A DNA stretch of 63,892 nucleotides, filler included, from Choristocarpus tenellus KU-1152 (lineage: Eukaryota > Protista > Phaeophyceae), in NCBI GenBank assembly GCA_964200185.2. It is 7 parts of 7 records of this genome, joined end to end, with 100 filler letters (N's around TTAATTAATTAA, not from the genome) between each part and the next. Parts side by side here need not be neighbours in the genome. Positions count along the whole stretch, not along the records: positions 13,917 to 27,257 come from CAXNAD020001518.1; positions 27,358 to 32,076 come from CAXNAD020013353.1; 5 more parts are not named here. One strand, given 5' to 3'. Below the pieces are notes generated by a model. That model searched no databases. It worked only from the letters and a program-made list of their open reading frames with translations, and was not told the origin of the DNA. Numbering within the stretch: the stretch's first letter is position 1; each line of letters begins with the position of its first letter. Positions 13,917 to 27,609 of the stretch are shown here, piece after piece. Made by a program: the position numbers and the translations under genes.

Positions 13917-16900
13917 CATGAAATGCACGGGGGGGTGGGGCAGCCGACCAGAGGAAGACAAGGCCATCTAAACCACCAGTCACAAGCTCTTGCGTGTCCT
14001 CCCGATAGGCACAGCACTGCACTGTGTCCATGTGTCCACACAGTTCCCTGTTGGAATTTTTCGATGGGGGTGGGGAGAGCAGTGACCTGTCACAACAACT
14101 GGATCTGCTGGTGAAAACCCTTACTTCTCAACATCACATTCTTCACACCATGTGTAGAGCTCTAGCAATCAGTCCAGGAAGATTATCATATTCAATGTTG
14201 CCTGCAATATATATTATGTAATGGAGTATTATATATATATATGAATTACTTCTGTGGGAACTGTTGGGGCATACAGCAAAACGAAACAGCAATCCCTGAA
14301 CTTGAAAACACTAAAACAGCTACACACAATCACGCTCCTCTAAATAGAACGTTTCAGATGCTGAAACAATTTTGCATAACTCAAAACTTCCTTGCCCACG
14401 TCACACAGAACAATAGGAGGGAACCACGACAGCGTACATTGAATGCACATTGCCAAGTAAACCTCGTTCACCACAAAACAGAAAATGACCATCACGTGCA
14501 CATGAAGGTGGAAAAATGCCTTTCCTACTCCCCACTACTATCGTTTCGATATAGTCTCAGTCTCCATCTTTTAACTCCATCCCAGAAGGTGAGCTATGAG
14601 TTATAGAGCTTCAATATCCTGTAGTTAATCAATCTGGGGAGAGCTATCTATCCGTCAAGCAGTGCACTTTGACACACGAACCGAAAACATGTATTAATAC
14701 TATGTCTGGAACCACAACACAGGGTTCAAGTTCAAGAACACAAAAAAAGGTGAGGACAATTGGCATGCTTTGACCTGGGCCGCAGGATATACTAACCCGT
14801 TTTTCCTTCCATCTGGTGAGTGAAGGGGAAACAAAAGCACCTCCCCATTGTTGTGATTAGGGAAGAACACCTACCACCAAAACAGGTCAGAGGAGCAGAT
14901 AAGGTACAGAGAGATAACAGTGTGGGAGGGGGAAAACGTGCCCAAGTTATTTTCTCAATCAAGTATGAAAGTGAACGGGATGGTCAACACAATATTGTTG
15001 CCAGGAAGGTCTCCAGGGTTGACTTCCTGTGGAATTAATGCATCTGGGAACGCATTTAAGATAAACCCCAAGAAAATGATAAGTAGTTAACATGTTTGGA
15101 GGGAAACAGAAGGCATTAGCTTAGGCCTCTACTAGGGGCAGAAGGGCAGACTTAAGGGCACCAGGACTACCTTGAGTACTAACAATAGTCAGGAGGAGCA
15201 AAACATAAGAGCAAGAACGGTTTGTTGTGAGGGCAGGCTCGGGTAGAGCAAAGAAGGAGCATGTTCAGCACAGCAGGATGCTCTCTGAACAGCTCTCAAA
15301 CCTTTTAAGTTTTCATTACGGCAACCTATACTTCAACACAAAAGCAACACCATACACGAAAATAAAAGTCTTGTAGCACAACCAGCAGAGCGAAATCGTC
15401 ACACAGAAAGAGTTCAGTGAAACCACCAAACAACAAGTTGTCCTCGACAGGTCCACTCCTGTCAAAACCGTAGTGTTGTGCCTATTCTGCACTCTCAATA
15501 CAAATACACTACAGCATACTTATGCTCCCGGACACACACAATCAATACCACAACTCTCCTTTATGCCCTTTAACATATCAGGCATCAACAAAATAGCAAA
15601 CGATACTCATCTGACTCAAATCATAAAAAGTTCCCCTCCTCCAGTTCAAGTGTGCACGGGGTACAAAACAGTTGAAATATTTCTTTCAAAAGTGTGCTAT
15701 TGAACTAAAGGTCACGACACTGGCTCACAGCAGCCTAGAAGTCAATTTACATGCATGAAGCATAGTTGGAATTCCCAGCGCAACAACAAAAAACACACTT
15801 TCAACGCATGTCCTTCCACATCAAAGAAATAAAGAACGTTCTTACTCCATCAGAAACAATACTAAAATATTGATGAAACATGAAGACGAGTTCCGCAAAA
15901 TGGAGGCCAAAACAAAGGGAGCATATCAAGGTGAAAGACAGGGGGGGATAAACAAACTTCAAACACAATAAGGGAGTGGGGGAGGGGGGGNNNNNNNNGG
16001 GAGGTTATACAGGGAAAAGTAGGGGGGGCATAGCGATACGTAGAGTACAATGGGGGGGGGGGGGAGGGGGGGGGTAGTGAGAGCTCACAGTTTCAGAACG
16101 ACGTCCAGCAGGCTGTGCAACAGCCATACCGAAGGTCCGCCATCGCCTGTTCTTAGTTTTGAGGTAATTCATCATTGTGTTACAACCTGAGCTGACATCC
16201 CAAAGCCGAAGCCTTTCGTGTGAGAGAGAGACAGATAGAGTTGAGGGTGAAGGAGGAGGAAGAGGAGGGGTGGTGTAATATGTGTGTGTGCATTCACCAT
16301 ATATTTTTATGTAAGAGCTCTAAAACTGTGTATTGACTTGCACATACAGTTTCTTGTCAAGAAATACTGAGAGTGGAAAGATAAGGTCCAGCACATAGCA
16401 AAGGAATGGGATGAGAGTGCAGAAGGCATAGATTATTAGGGCATTTGCTCACTATCTAACTTTTCTCCCTTTTTGTGTGCTTAAGTTTACAAGAATCTCA
16501 CCTCATACGACGCAAAAAAAACGACAGGACAAGAAAGTCTTCACATGGTGAGAAAAGAAGTCGGGGGGGAAACTTGATGGGTATCAAGTGATCACGAGTA
16601 CCCACCAAAAGCAGCCCAAAGCAAACCACTTCCAAACTAAGGTCACGCCTCCTTACAGTACTTGATGTGAAAGTAAAAAAACATGGGGATGTTGGAGAGG
16701 CATACTATTTCAACAGAGTCAACCTATCAGCTAACTCACTGCATCCACCATAAGACGAGAAGTCCGGATTAGGATGCAGACAAGAACACCCAGAGGCTTC
16801 ACAATACACAAAAGGTTGACTAGCAAAAATACACATTAACTCATCTGCCGAAATTGAAACCTCTATGTGGCAAATCGAAACATCAAAATCAGATACCACG

Positions 16901-19900
16901 CGCGCGCGCGCGCACACACAAAAACACACAAAAGTCAGAAATCAGAAAAAAAATAAGCAGAAATTGGCACTGCGAACTAGTCGCAATTTTGTGTTGACTG
17001 CTCCTGCACCAACGCCAGGTAGCAGGCAAGTTGGGGGTAGGCTTAGCCACTACAAAGCACCTGTCATCTGTCCCAGATGTGAGGAGGTGAATCCCGTCTG
17101 GGGTGAAGCAGATGGAGTTCACTCCTCCCGAGTGTGCTCGGGCGAACTTAGAAGCAGTGGAGACATGAGGACTGGTCAAGAAGTGCGTCCCAAGTGTGAG
17201 AGAAAGGAGGAGGGGGAAGGGGAGAAGGATTCTCGGGAGGGTGATTGCCTCTCCCGAAATGGGAAAGATAAAGCAAACAATTCACAATAGAGAATGCCCA
17301 ATCAACAGAGCAAGCGAACTTGTTTTTTTTCTTACACCACATCGATCATGGCCTGCTCTCGGTACTGCAGGGTGTAAAAAAAAAATACATTTTCAGAGCC
17401 CCCGCACTAGTTTTTTCTTTCTCAACTATGCCCACGCTCACACCTTTCACATTCACACCAGAGGTAGGAAATACAAAAGTACAAAATGGACGGAAGGTTC
17501 CATGCGTACACAACACGCATAACCCTACAGACCATCAACAGACAAGACAAAGCCATTCACATTCGAGGCCATTCAAATAGAAGTGCCATACAACAACACA
17601 ATCATTTACCAACAACAAAATGCTACCCTTGCTAGGGTTAGGGTTAGGGTTACACTTAATGCAGCTGAGTCACACAAAGAACAAACTACATCTCAACCAA
17701 GACCACACATAACACACGAGCATTGAAAGACAAACCAATTGATTGGCACTCACGCAAGCTCGTGCCGCTTCAAATAGCCCCTCCTCTCACCCGATGAGCT
17801 CGAACCCCCTACCCCCTGCCCCGCCCCCTCTTCATCCACACCTTCCCCTCTCCAATCCCAATCGCACCTCCCCTCTCTATCCTCCCCCCCCCCTTCCCTA
17901 TGCTGATCGAGACTGATTAGGCACGCTGAAGCCCCAGCTCGTCGAATATCCCACAACCGTACCTGCTCACAAGAGGGAATGAACCAGGAGAGGGGAACTG
18001 ACTCAAACGTCATTCACATGTTGTCCTCTCTCACGATTGATCACAAATGTACGATGAATATAGGGTCTTCACCACCAGCATTCACCGACCAGGAAATATT
18101 GGCAGTTCAGCATACTATATAGCCAACTCTTGTTCTTTCTTAGTGTAGGGGCTGTGTTACAGGATTGGACATAGAGTTGAGGGGCAGCAGTAGCGTGAGG
18201 CAACATGCATTATTAATAAACCTACTACGGAGCATATGCTTAGTATACTAACACTCGTCCACTCTTACCATGGTATATATATGACACACACAAATTCACT
18301 CACAACAGAAAGACATGCACACTTAAATACACACACACACACAATGCACGTGCTTTTTGTTCCTCCTCACCGTGTGATCCTCTGAGCCTGTCGCAAGTAG
18401 GAATTCCCCCCTTGGGGACCATGCACAAGACTTGACAGCCTCACTGTGGCCCATGAGGGTCTGCGTGCAAGCCCCAGATCGAATATCACATAGCCTAACC
18501 TGGGTATCATTGGTGCCTGCTGCAATCAGAGATTGCTGCCCTGGCATGGATGACATTGCTATGGAGTGGACCTGTGCCCCCCCCCACCCCATACAAAAGG
18601 CAGGCAATGAATGAAGAGGAACGTAAAATTGTGAGGACAAAGTGAGGCTAAACGTTTCTCATACAATTGCTTTGGGGAAAATGCACCTGTGTGGCAGAGG
18701 CCTCTTGCTGCTAGCCTAGGGTTGTCAAGTAAGAATGCTTGAACACGGGGTATGGGTGTATTCTGAGCATTTGGAGATATGTAGCCCAGTCCACAATTGG
18801 CCAACAACTCTATCTTAACAAGCTTAGCTATGCATCCCCCACAGTCATTCAGTAAGCAAAATCAACACTTTGCACAGCTAAGAGCAGGCTGCCAAGTCCT
18901 GCATGAGGCTAAAGTCGAATCTCGACCCTATGACCATGACCAGCACTGACTGTAGCACGATCACCACAGACGCTGCAGATCACCACAGAAGCGATTCCCA
19001 TGAGAGCAGTGCTACAAGGATCACTGCCTCTGGCTGCAGGGTCAAGACTCAGCTGTAGAGACAAGAGGCCCTGCCACACAAGTGCATCATACCCCCATAA
19101 TGCAATCTTTGGTGCACTGTACATAGAATAGGTCAAAGTAAGATTCAGAGTTTGATAAGTAAGTTATGAACCATGCCGAGAGCTAGACCCTCATTAATCT
19201 CCAGCGATGCACTCCTGTGCAGTATATACATGCTCTAGTATCTTCGAAGGTGTATACCTCCCTCAGATGAAAACTTGCACAAGAGGTTGTGCCCAAGTAG
19301 TATACAGGTGAGAGACATTTTGATCGGTGGAATGAACCCATCACTGTAATAAATACTTTTTGGAGAGAATTTCGGGCATAGCACAGCCGAAGATCACTGA
19401 TCAGGTTGAGCACCAGGTTGACTCAAAACGAAATGCCAGTCACATCAAATCCCCATCAAGGCAGAGGGACCTTTTACCTTGTCCTTGAAGGCAAAGCACA
19501 ACACAACTTCAAGGTTATTGGTGTCCCAAAGAATCACACTTCCATCCAAGGCGCCAGACAGGAACAAGCCTGTGTCTACTGGGTACCTGAAGCAGGAAAC
19601 AAGAGGAAGGCAGTTATGATAGAGGTTGCACTTTGTGGTAAGCCAGTGGCGACAGCAGTGGTAAATGTGTGCAATGATCTCTCAGAAGGAGATATCCTTG
19701 GAACTTGCTTTGGGTTCCTCAAATGATCAGGCAGCGCATGTACAGCAACAGATGACAGGGAGAAGGGTAATGAAGTTTGTCTACGATAGAAGAGATACGA
19801 ATTGACAGCAGACAAAACCTGCAAAAGGCCTTCTTGATTGGTGACTCATTCATCAAGCCTTGCAACTCACCACTTCACAACCGAAACGCTGCTCGAGTGC

Positions 19901-21025
19901 CCCTCATACCCCGCTTCAGGGGTGCCAGCTGCCGAAGCAGGTGCCCGGCGAGTGCGACAGAGCTCTTTCAGCTCGCAGGGCCGTCGTCTCGAAACCGCGA
20001 TCACATCTCGGCTTCTGTTATCGCGAGACAAGTCTCCCACCCTTTGTCGCTGCCCCTCTCCTTCCCTGTTGCCACCCAGGTTGGATGGGTTTCCACTGGA
20101 AAGAGCAAGTTCGCCATGGTTCTAGTGGTTTACACATTGCCTTGACTCTGTCTTATCCATCCTCGTTTTTCACCTCCAGACCATGGTTCGAGGCTCCACA
20201 TCAAGGTGCTCTACAGATTTTCTACTCGCAAAACGAGCATATCACTTTCAGCGCCCTCCCAGATGGCGTCTCACCTGTCCTCATGATCATCACCGCCACC
20301 TAATCCATCCAGGTCGAACACAGCAACAGTACGATCTGCGCCACCTGCAGTGCCGGCAAGAAGAAGCAGAAGAAGGACGTGGCGATTTGATAATCAAGTG
20401 GTGGCATGATGACTGTTTCAATTGATTTTATTTCCTCGCTTCCACCCCCACTTCCCTTCCAGCACATGTGTGAGGGTAAGCGCAAATTACACTACAAATA
20501 ATGTCAACTTCTGTATACTTCGTGACTCAATAGCTCTCCTGCGACTCCGTAGAGCCTGCTTAAGGATTCCCCTCCCCCACTGCTCAAGTTTGGGGTCAAT
20601 CACAAACCCGTCAGTAGATATCGACCCTCCGTCCCGTCGATGTCCACCCAGGTGATGGGTCCATTGTGGGGTGACTTGATCTCCACATCCACATTCAGGT
20701 CGAGGCGCCTTCGAAGAGATAGAGGTAGTTGTTGCATGAGTTGGGATAAGCACGGTAGGTATTCTCGTTGGTAGACTTTCTGGCTGGGGGCTGCATACGT
20801 CCTCGCTGACCATCATTGTTCCCCGTCTTCCACCCTCAATGTATCGAGTATTACAATCTAGGTATCTGAACGGAGGAGAAAAAAGAAAGTGACACCGTGA
20901 CAGGGGCAATGGAAGGCTTACTTGAGCCGTCTATAGCGAACAAGTCCTACTGCTGTAGCGGCGGAGAGCTTTCCTCGGGATCGATCCTCGAGAATGCCAA
21001 GGAGTGAAGGAGAATTCCGCCTCAT
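13917..21025 (-). CDS. ERCC8: DNA excision repair protein ERCC-8 / Cockayne syndrome A WD40 protein, 3'-truncated by contig end
   Basis: Exons (minus): 21025-20922 (MRRNSPSLLGILEDRSRG), 20708-20608 (LDLNVDVEIKSPHNGPITWVDIDGTEGRYLLTG), 20344-20275, 20095-19871 (GHSSSVSVVKW), 19586-19478 (YPVDTGLFLSG), 18571-18371 (VRLCDIRSGACTQTLMGH..WSPRGEFLLATGS), 17962-17754 (VRLWDIRRA..CLISLDQH), 17171-17061 (AHSGGVNSICFTPDG), 16212-16089 (LRLWD..GCNTMMNY), probable 14870-14841, 14047-13917 (LCGHMDTVQCC..QELVTGG). One short exon near 14.1-14.8 kb is unresolved. Confidence 0.9.
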
Positions 21026-21173
21026 AGCAAGGGATGTTGCAGTTTTGGTAACAAATTGTGAAAGAACAGAGATTTTTGTGTGGGATATGTACAGTTTAGT
21101 GGATTAGAGTTCACTGTGGGACAGTTTGTTGTATTATCATCTTCCAATCATTCTGATCAGTGGTAAAAACACA
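21026..21173. promoter_or_regulatory. Putative compact bidirectional promoter between ERCC8 and the CysQ-like gene
   Basis: Only 148 bp separate the two inferred divergent start codons. Confidence 0.5.
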
Positions 21174-24100
21174 ATGGTGGAAGTGATGGAATACAGGTGT
21201 GGTGAGGGAGCAAGGGACCCCATTGTGTGTGTTTCGGATGTAATTGACCTGGCACGGGAGGCAGGTGCTGTCATCATGGAGATCTACAGGGACCTAGAGG
21301 TGTGAGCGGAGAGAATCAGGGTTGAAGTGCAAGGTTGACCTCATGAATTTCGAGGTACCCTGCAGAATAACAAGTTCCTTCGACTCTGATTGATGCAGAA
21401 CTGGGACGTACGGATCAAGTCAGATGAAAGTCCAGTGACCAAGGCTGACTTTCTTGCGAACGATCTCATTTGCACGCACCTGACACGTTCATTTCCTGAT
21501 ATACCAATGTAAGTTCGAGTGATCTTCTTGCGTGTATTCCACTCCCATGATCTAGACTTGTTCGCCCTCACTTATTATTAGTTATGGTTGAGATAATTGT
21601 TGAGTTGGAACGTGCAGTGATGTTCCTGAATCTTGGAGATCAATTGTGAGGATCAAATAGAAACGCTCAACTCCTGTAGTCCCCAACCATTTCACGCCAG
21701 TGCCAAAAGTGAGTGATGAAGCAACCTATGATTGTGTTGTGGGGGTGCGTTTAATAAGGCTAGGTTATGAGAGGTTTGCCACCATGCGCCGCTCGTGTGA
21801 TGGTTAACATTGTTAGTCCATCATGTGCGCACTACCGACGAGTAAGTTGTATACTGGGGTACTATCGAGCAGAAACAGAATCTCATCACTGAAAAACATG
21901 TCGGAAAAATGCCCACGTGACAAGGAAGTTGAGTCAGCACTTCTTGGGGCGGTTTCCTCCTTGGTCTTTAAATAGGGTGAAAGGGGGAAACGAAGATTTC
22001 TGCTTAGGGGCAGGTGATGGACGCTGAATACAGCCCCGACACACTTGCGGTTGAAGCACCCCATTCCATCTAATGCCGCCTCTGCAGAATTTCGGAAGAA
22101 AGCGAAAGTTTGCCCTTCGAGGAGCGCCGAAACTTTCGTCACTACTGGGTGGTGGATCCTCTTGATGGCACAAAGGTCAGCATTGGTAGGGGTAGGAAGG
22201 CGATAAGCGGAGATGTACTCGACCCCCCCTCTGAGTGTTGGCGTAAGTTGCGTCAGGCAGAGCTCTGAAGGAGTCTCTGCAGTTCACTGATGAAGGTGCG
22301 GGGGAGCTAGCAGAATTTATGCCTTCCAGATGAAATAAACCCTTCATATTGCACTCCGAAGATCTAAATTGGAACGGATGTCGCACGTTGACCACTGGAT
22401 AGGATCGAAATTGTGTGAAAGAGTTGTATCTGAGTTTTCCCTTACAATTTGCAGATCCCAACCGAGCCAACAAGACTTTCTCCTATGTCTCTGCCGTGCA
22501 GGTGCTATCATCTGCATTGCAATTCGATTCTGCATGGGATATGTGTAGACATGAACACGCACATGCGCATAGATCCATAAACTCACTCTTACATATAGGA
22601 ACAGGTGTGCTCCTCAAGAATCGTGCAAGAGACCTACCCCCCATCCTCCCTTCCCCTACCCGCACACCTAGGAATTCGTGAAGCGCACAGGAGACTTTGC
22701 TGTCATGATCGGTCTCTGCCGGGGGAATGCGCCAGTGATGGGAGTGGTGCATGCCCCTGCACGTGAAGAGCCAGCAACGTATTATGCTTTGGAGGGACGG
22801 GGAGCTTATGTCGCCCCCGGTGGACAGGGCATTACCGGGATCAATCACAGCAAGCGTCTAAGGTAGGTAGTTGGCAGTTGGGAATGGGATAGAATGTTGA
22901 AGTAGGACTTTTCGACGGGGAAGAAGGAGGAAGAGGTCTGTTGCCTCATTTCTTTCCTCGGGTGTATGTTGATTATGCTTTGGGTGGAGCTCAAAGAAGA
23001 TGAGAAGTGATGAACAGGTTGAATTTAGAAGTGTGAGGTCAGTATTTCAAAGTTGAACAGCGTGACGAAATATATTTTGTGTTGGTGTGATAATAGGCTC
23101 TTCAACTGAACGACATAAAGGTGACAATGGGGGCACACGATTCCTGCCGATCAATCTACCCACCACCACAGGAGACTATTTAATAGGAGTATGCAAAAAA
23201 TGTGTGCTATTGATGAAGCCAGTCTCAACACTGCCCCATCATTATTGTACACATTTGCGCACTTCACCCAACCCTCAATCCACACCTTGCATAGGATCCA
23301 ATACCTGCATCGAAGAGAGAACACCAGGCAAGCGCACCCAAATAGCACACAATAGTTCTCAAACCCTTCGTGTCAATAGCATGCATGCAGAGCATGTAAC
23401 ATGCCCCTTCTACGTGATGCCACACCCTGCAACTTACATCATACAAACAAACCCACTTCACCCTCTCTCCTCTTCCTTGCCTCTCCTTCTTCCACCCCTT
23501 GGGGATAACAATCTCTGGCAACAAAGAGTACGTGCATTCAATCCCACCTCTAGGGGTCTGGTCCTAGCAGTATCGGCATCACGTCCACCTCTGAAATTCA
23601 TTGAAGCCTGCCAAGATGCAGCTGTGAGTGTCAGGGAAGGAGGTGCAATGATGTGGTCGCCTGAGGGCTTGGAGTGGGAATGGGAAGAGGGAGAGAAGGG
23701 TAGGGGAGACTCACACCATAGAGAGCCTCAGCCATGACTATTCCAGCGCAAGTGTTTAAGGTTTCTACCAAGCTGTTCATTGATGCTGCTTACTTCCCTC
23801 TTCTCAACACACACTTTCCCGCCAAGTATCCTTGGGCTGACTTGGGTAGTGCTGAGTGTGAGAGCAATCCGTGCCAAAACATACAGTGCACTGGAGAGTA
23901 TTGCATGTAGTTGTTGCTGTTTGTAGTCCTTTCAGCATACACAAGAGGATAATTTAACAGAGGTCAAGAGATGCATGTAAGTCTGTATCCCCCAGCCTCC
24001 ACACCCCCTTAAGCAAACCATTGTTCATGTGTATATTGATAATGGTGCATTCAAAGGCTTCAGCTTCAGTGCTGCACAGGACTGTAGATAGTACTCCAAT

Positions 24101-24943
24101 CTGCTATTCGTGTAAGCAGCGACAACCCTCACGTATGACTCAGGCACACCTTATTCTAAACCTCTGCCGCTATGCAGACAATTGCAATGGGATCGGCAGC
24201 ACTTAAGGCCATCGCCGTGGCCGAGGGGAAAGCAGACATCTTCCCATGCGTGTACAATGTTAGGTGTGGAATGTACCCTGTAGCCACGGGGCTTTATAGG
24301 TAGGCCTGTACACAGGTGTTGCTGACGAACTGACATGTTGAAGGGGCATAGAACCACCTAGGAGCTAAGTCTCACGTTGGATCATGATCACCCATAGGTG
24401 AGGACTGCCACTCTCGTTCCATGGGAAATCATCAAACCTGCTATACAACTTAGCGATGGTTTGAGAATTACAGTCAGTTACTTGGAGTAGTTACAACTGA
24501 CCAAGATCCTTGTTTCGTGGGCGACTTATTTGAACAAGCATCAACCCGTTAGCTACCAGAATTATGATCTGCCGTGCACCTCTTCTAAGATTTGAAATCA
24601 TTGTTCCTTTTCATCGCATTTACACTATTTTTGTTTGTGTTATTGTTGTTTCCTGATTGTGCGGTGTAACTGACAACTGCTGCACACTCCTCTTTTCGGC
24701 TTTCAATCAAACTGCCTTCCTATGATGCACAACAGTGAGTGGGATACGTGCGCAACACACATCATTGTGGAGGAGGCTGGGGGCTCAGTTGTTCAACATG
24801 AAGGAGGAGAGGCTCTGGCCCTCGTAAAAGACGGGTTCATTGGGCAACCATTGGTGTATAATAAAGAAGACCTTTCGAGTCCTAAATGCATTTTCTTGGG
24901 AAGAACTTGTGCAGGTGGTGCTGCCCAAGAACAGTGTGCATGA
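21174..24943 (+). CDS. cysQ: 3'(2'),5'-bisphosphate nucleotidase, CysQ-type (inositol monophosphatase superfamily), 7 exons, complete
   Basis: Exons 21174-21299, 21399-21508 (KSDESPVTKAD), 22088-22175 (ISEE..YWVVDPLDGTK), 22672-22862 (EFVKRTGDFAVMIGL..PVMGVVHAP), 23528-23623, 24178-24263 (GSAALK..VAEGKADIFP), 24736-24943 (EWDTCATHIIVEEAGG..LVYNKEDL, stop). Confidence 0.88.
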
Positions 24944-26564
24944 GTGAGAAGTGTGGGGAAGGGGAAGAGAGGGAGAAGAGGCTGAGAGGTGGCAGATCAT
25001 TGATGATTTGAACTTCGCTTCTGAAGTATTGTTGGGCCTTTATGAAAGGGAGTGATCCAGGTATGCCCTGTTTCCTCTAATTTTCAAAGGACAGGACAAG
25101 TTCCCCCTCCCATCTAGCAGCATGGTAGTGCTTCTGTAAGCGTGTTTCAAAGTGCAACTTTACAAGGCGTGGCCTACCCTTGTAAGCCTGGTTTTGAAGA
25201 TTACCCATTGGTTGTGCCGGTTTGAACAGGAAGTAATATGTTCTGGTACACAAGCATTGAAGGGGTGCGAACTTTGGGGCTTTGGACCTGTTGTGCAGTT
25301 CAAGTTTGAGTTGACAATTGATATATTTTTCCAGCATGATTGATATTATAAGAGAAGTTCAACCTCATTTAGGTAATTGTTTAAGTTATATTGTGCTATG
25401 TGTGCAATGAGCATATGTGCATGTGTGAGGTGAACCACGGTAGGCCAGAGGTTTGACCTGCATAACAGGCATACTTATATATTCCAATACTCCTGTCCAT
25501 AATGCTGCTGAATGCGTGGGTTACACCTGCAAGCACAAACGTGCCACTAGTGCCTTGTAAAGATTGGTGACACAAGGATTCGTCCTCCTGCCATTTGTGA
25601 TCCTCACGTGTTATGCCTTTGAGATTATACCTTGTGCTGCTGCTCTCCTGCTGCATTCTGTATTATCCTTGCTGTCAAGTCAACCAATAGACCTTCCTGA
25701 TGGCAGTTTGGTGGACAGTATGTCCTTTTCCCTAGAACAAGAATCTCAGAAGTTTTGCCAGGCCTGCACTATTCCTTTGTTTCCCCTCACTAAGTGCCTA
25801 GTGGATGATGTGTTGTTGTCCAGTTCCAATGCAAGGACGGTATTTTTTCTTCCTCGTTAAATGACCGATAACCACCTGTTTCTTCACAAGATCCCTGACT
25901 TCAGTTGTACACTTCCTTAGACCCTTGACAACCTCTTACTCAAGCAAACAGTAGTCAAGAGTTCCTGCTCTTTCAACTCCATCTGTGCCCTAACCTTGGG
26001 AAAGGCGTGTCCATTCAGGTTGCACAATGAAGATCTCCACGATTACCTTATCGTACATCTTCAACACTGAACACATGTTTTATGCTGCGCTGGATTGAGA
26101 AAATAGTACTTTGAAGAGGCAGTGCACTTTGTTTGCGCTCAGTCAGTCCATCCATCCTATTCCGCATGTTACGTTTTTCACATCGATGGCATCGAGAATA
26201 CTGCGTACTTTCAAATTACTCCGTACACTTTGTTAGTGTTCTGTACAGGAAGTACCTCTTCTGTACCCAAGAAGACATAGCATACGTACATAGACCTTTG
26301 CCCATACAACAGTTTCATGTTGAGCGGCGTATAAAATACTTTGGGGTACGAATTATTCACATGTGCATAGAGATCTATATACAAATCCTGTTGTCTGCTG
26401 TAGGATATGTTATAGAATGATATTAGGTATTATAGAACAAATGTTACTACATAATATCTTCATTGTCGAAAGGTGGATGATGTACAGAACAAAAGCCAAA
26501 GTATACACTTGTTGACATTGATAAAAAAAAAAGTATGTGTATGTGTGTTTCAAGTAGTACATAA

Positions 26565-26934
26565 GAATCCACATGAATAGTGTTGGGAATCATAGTGATT
26601 GAATTGGTCCGATTCGATTAAGCTGCAGTTATTTTGAAAGTGAAAATCTTGGTACCGATTATTTGGGGTTATTTTCTTCACTATAATGTTAAGAGGAGAG
26701 AATGACGAACACGGCGGACAAGCAACCAAACAAGCACTATAAATACATCGAATCCACATGATTAGTGTTGGGAATCACGGTGATTGAATTGGTTTGATTC
26801 GATTAAGCTGCAGATATTTTGAAACCAAGAATCTTGGTACCGATTATTTGGGGGTGTTTTCTTCACTGTAATGTTTGGAGGAGAGAATGACGAACACGGC
26901 GGACAAACAGCCAAACAAGCACCATAAATTCATC
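26565..26934. repeat. Tandem duplication of a ~185-bp unit (2 copies)
   Basis: gaatccacatga.tagtgttgggaatca...acaagcac.ataaat.catc at 26565-26749 and 26750-26934. Confidence 0.9.
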
Positions 26935-27357
26935 TAGGACTGCATACTAAGTCATTAATGTACCCGTTATACTCTGAAGACGGTGAGGGTAGGTACCTAC
27001 ACGACTATGTATGACATCGACTCATCTGCAGAATAGGCCCTTTCGCGTGTGGAGGACGATGGCAAGAAAGGTGTAAATAATCAGATAAAGACACAAAAAT
27101 TGCCTTGAAGACACAAAGTGAGTCATCAATAGCTAAGGTGGGTCGCTTGCTAAAGTCTAGCCAGCGGAAGGAGCGCTTGAACAGGGGATTCGCAAAATTG
27201 AGGATGACGCGGGACTATGAGGATGGTTGTTTTGCGAAAACAGTCTTAAAAAAGTACNNNNNNNNNNNNNNNNNNNNNNNNNNNNNNNNNNNNNNNNNNN
27301 NTTAATTAATTAANNNNNNNNNNNNNNNNNNNNNNNNNNNNNNNNNNNNNNNNNNNN

Positions 27358-27498
27358 GTGTCCATTTGGGCCAAAATCAGGAAAAATGCATTTACATTAT
27401 CCATCCGACGAATGGAATCAAATCGCCCAAAAATCGCGACATGAAAAAATTGACCCTAAATGGACAGCCGCCACCCCCCATCCCAGATACTTTGAGCC
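27358..27498 (+). mobile_element. MITE family B, 5'-truncated by contig start
   Basis: gtgtccatttgggcc...cattatccatccgacg...cccagatactttgagcc. Confidence 0.8.
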
Positions 27499-27609
27499 AG
27501 AAGCATTTTTTTTTTCAAATGTTCATGTTTTATGGGTGTATTATGTAGACACTAAAAAGGTTACCCACCAAGTTCTCAAGAAAAATTGGGCAGCCTACAC
27601 CTATCTATG

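Noticed and set aside
20487-20909. 140-aa minus-strand ORF as the ERCC8 N-terminus
   Set aside because: The ERCC8-matching exon (20708-20608) is in a different frame; the ORF is incidental.
23087-23737. 216-aa ORF as a standalone gene
   Set aside because: Only 23528-23623 is a CysQ exon; the rest is intron read-through.
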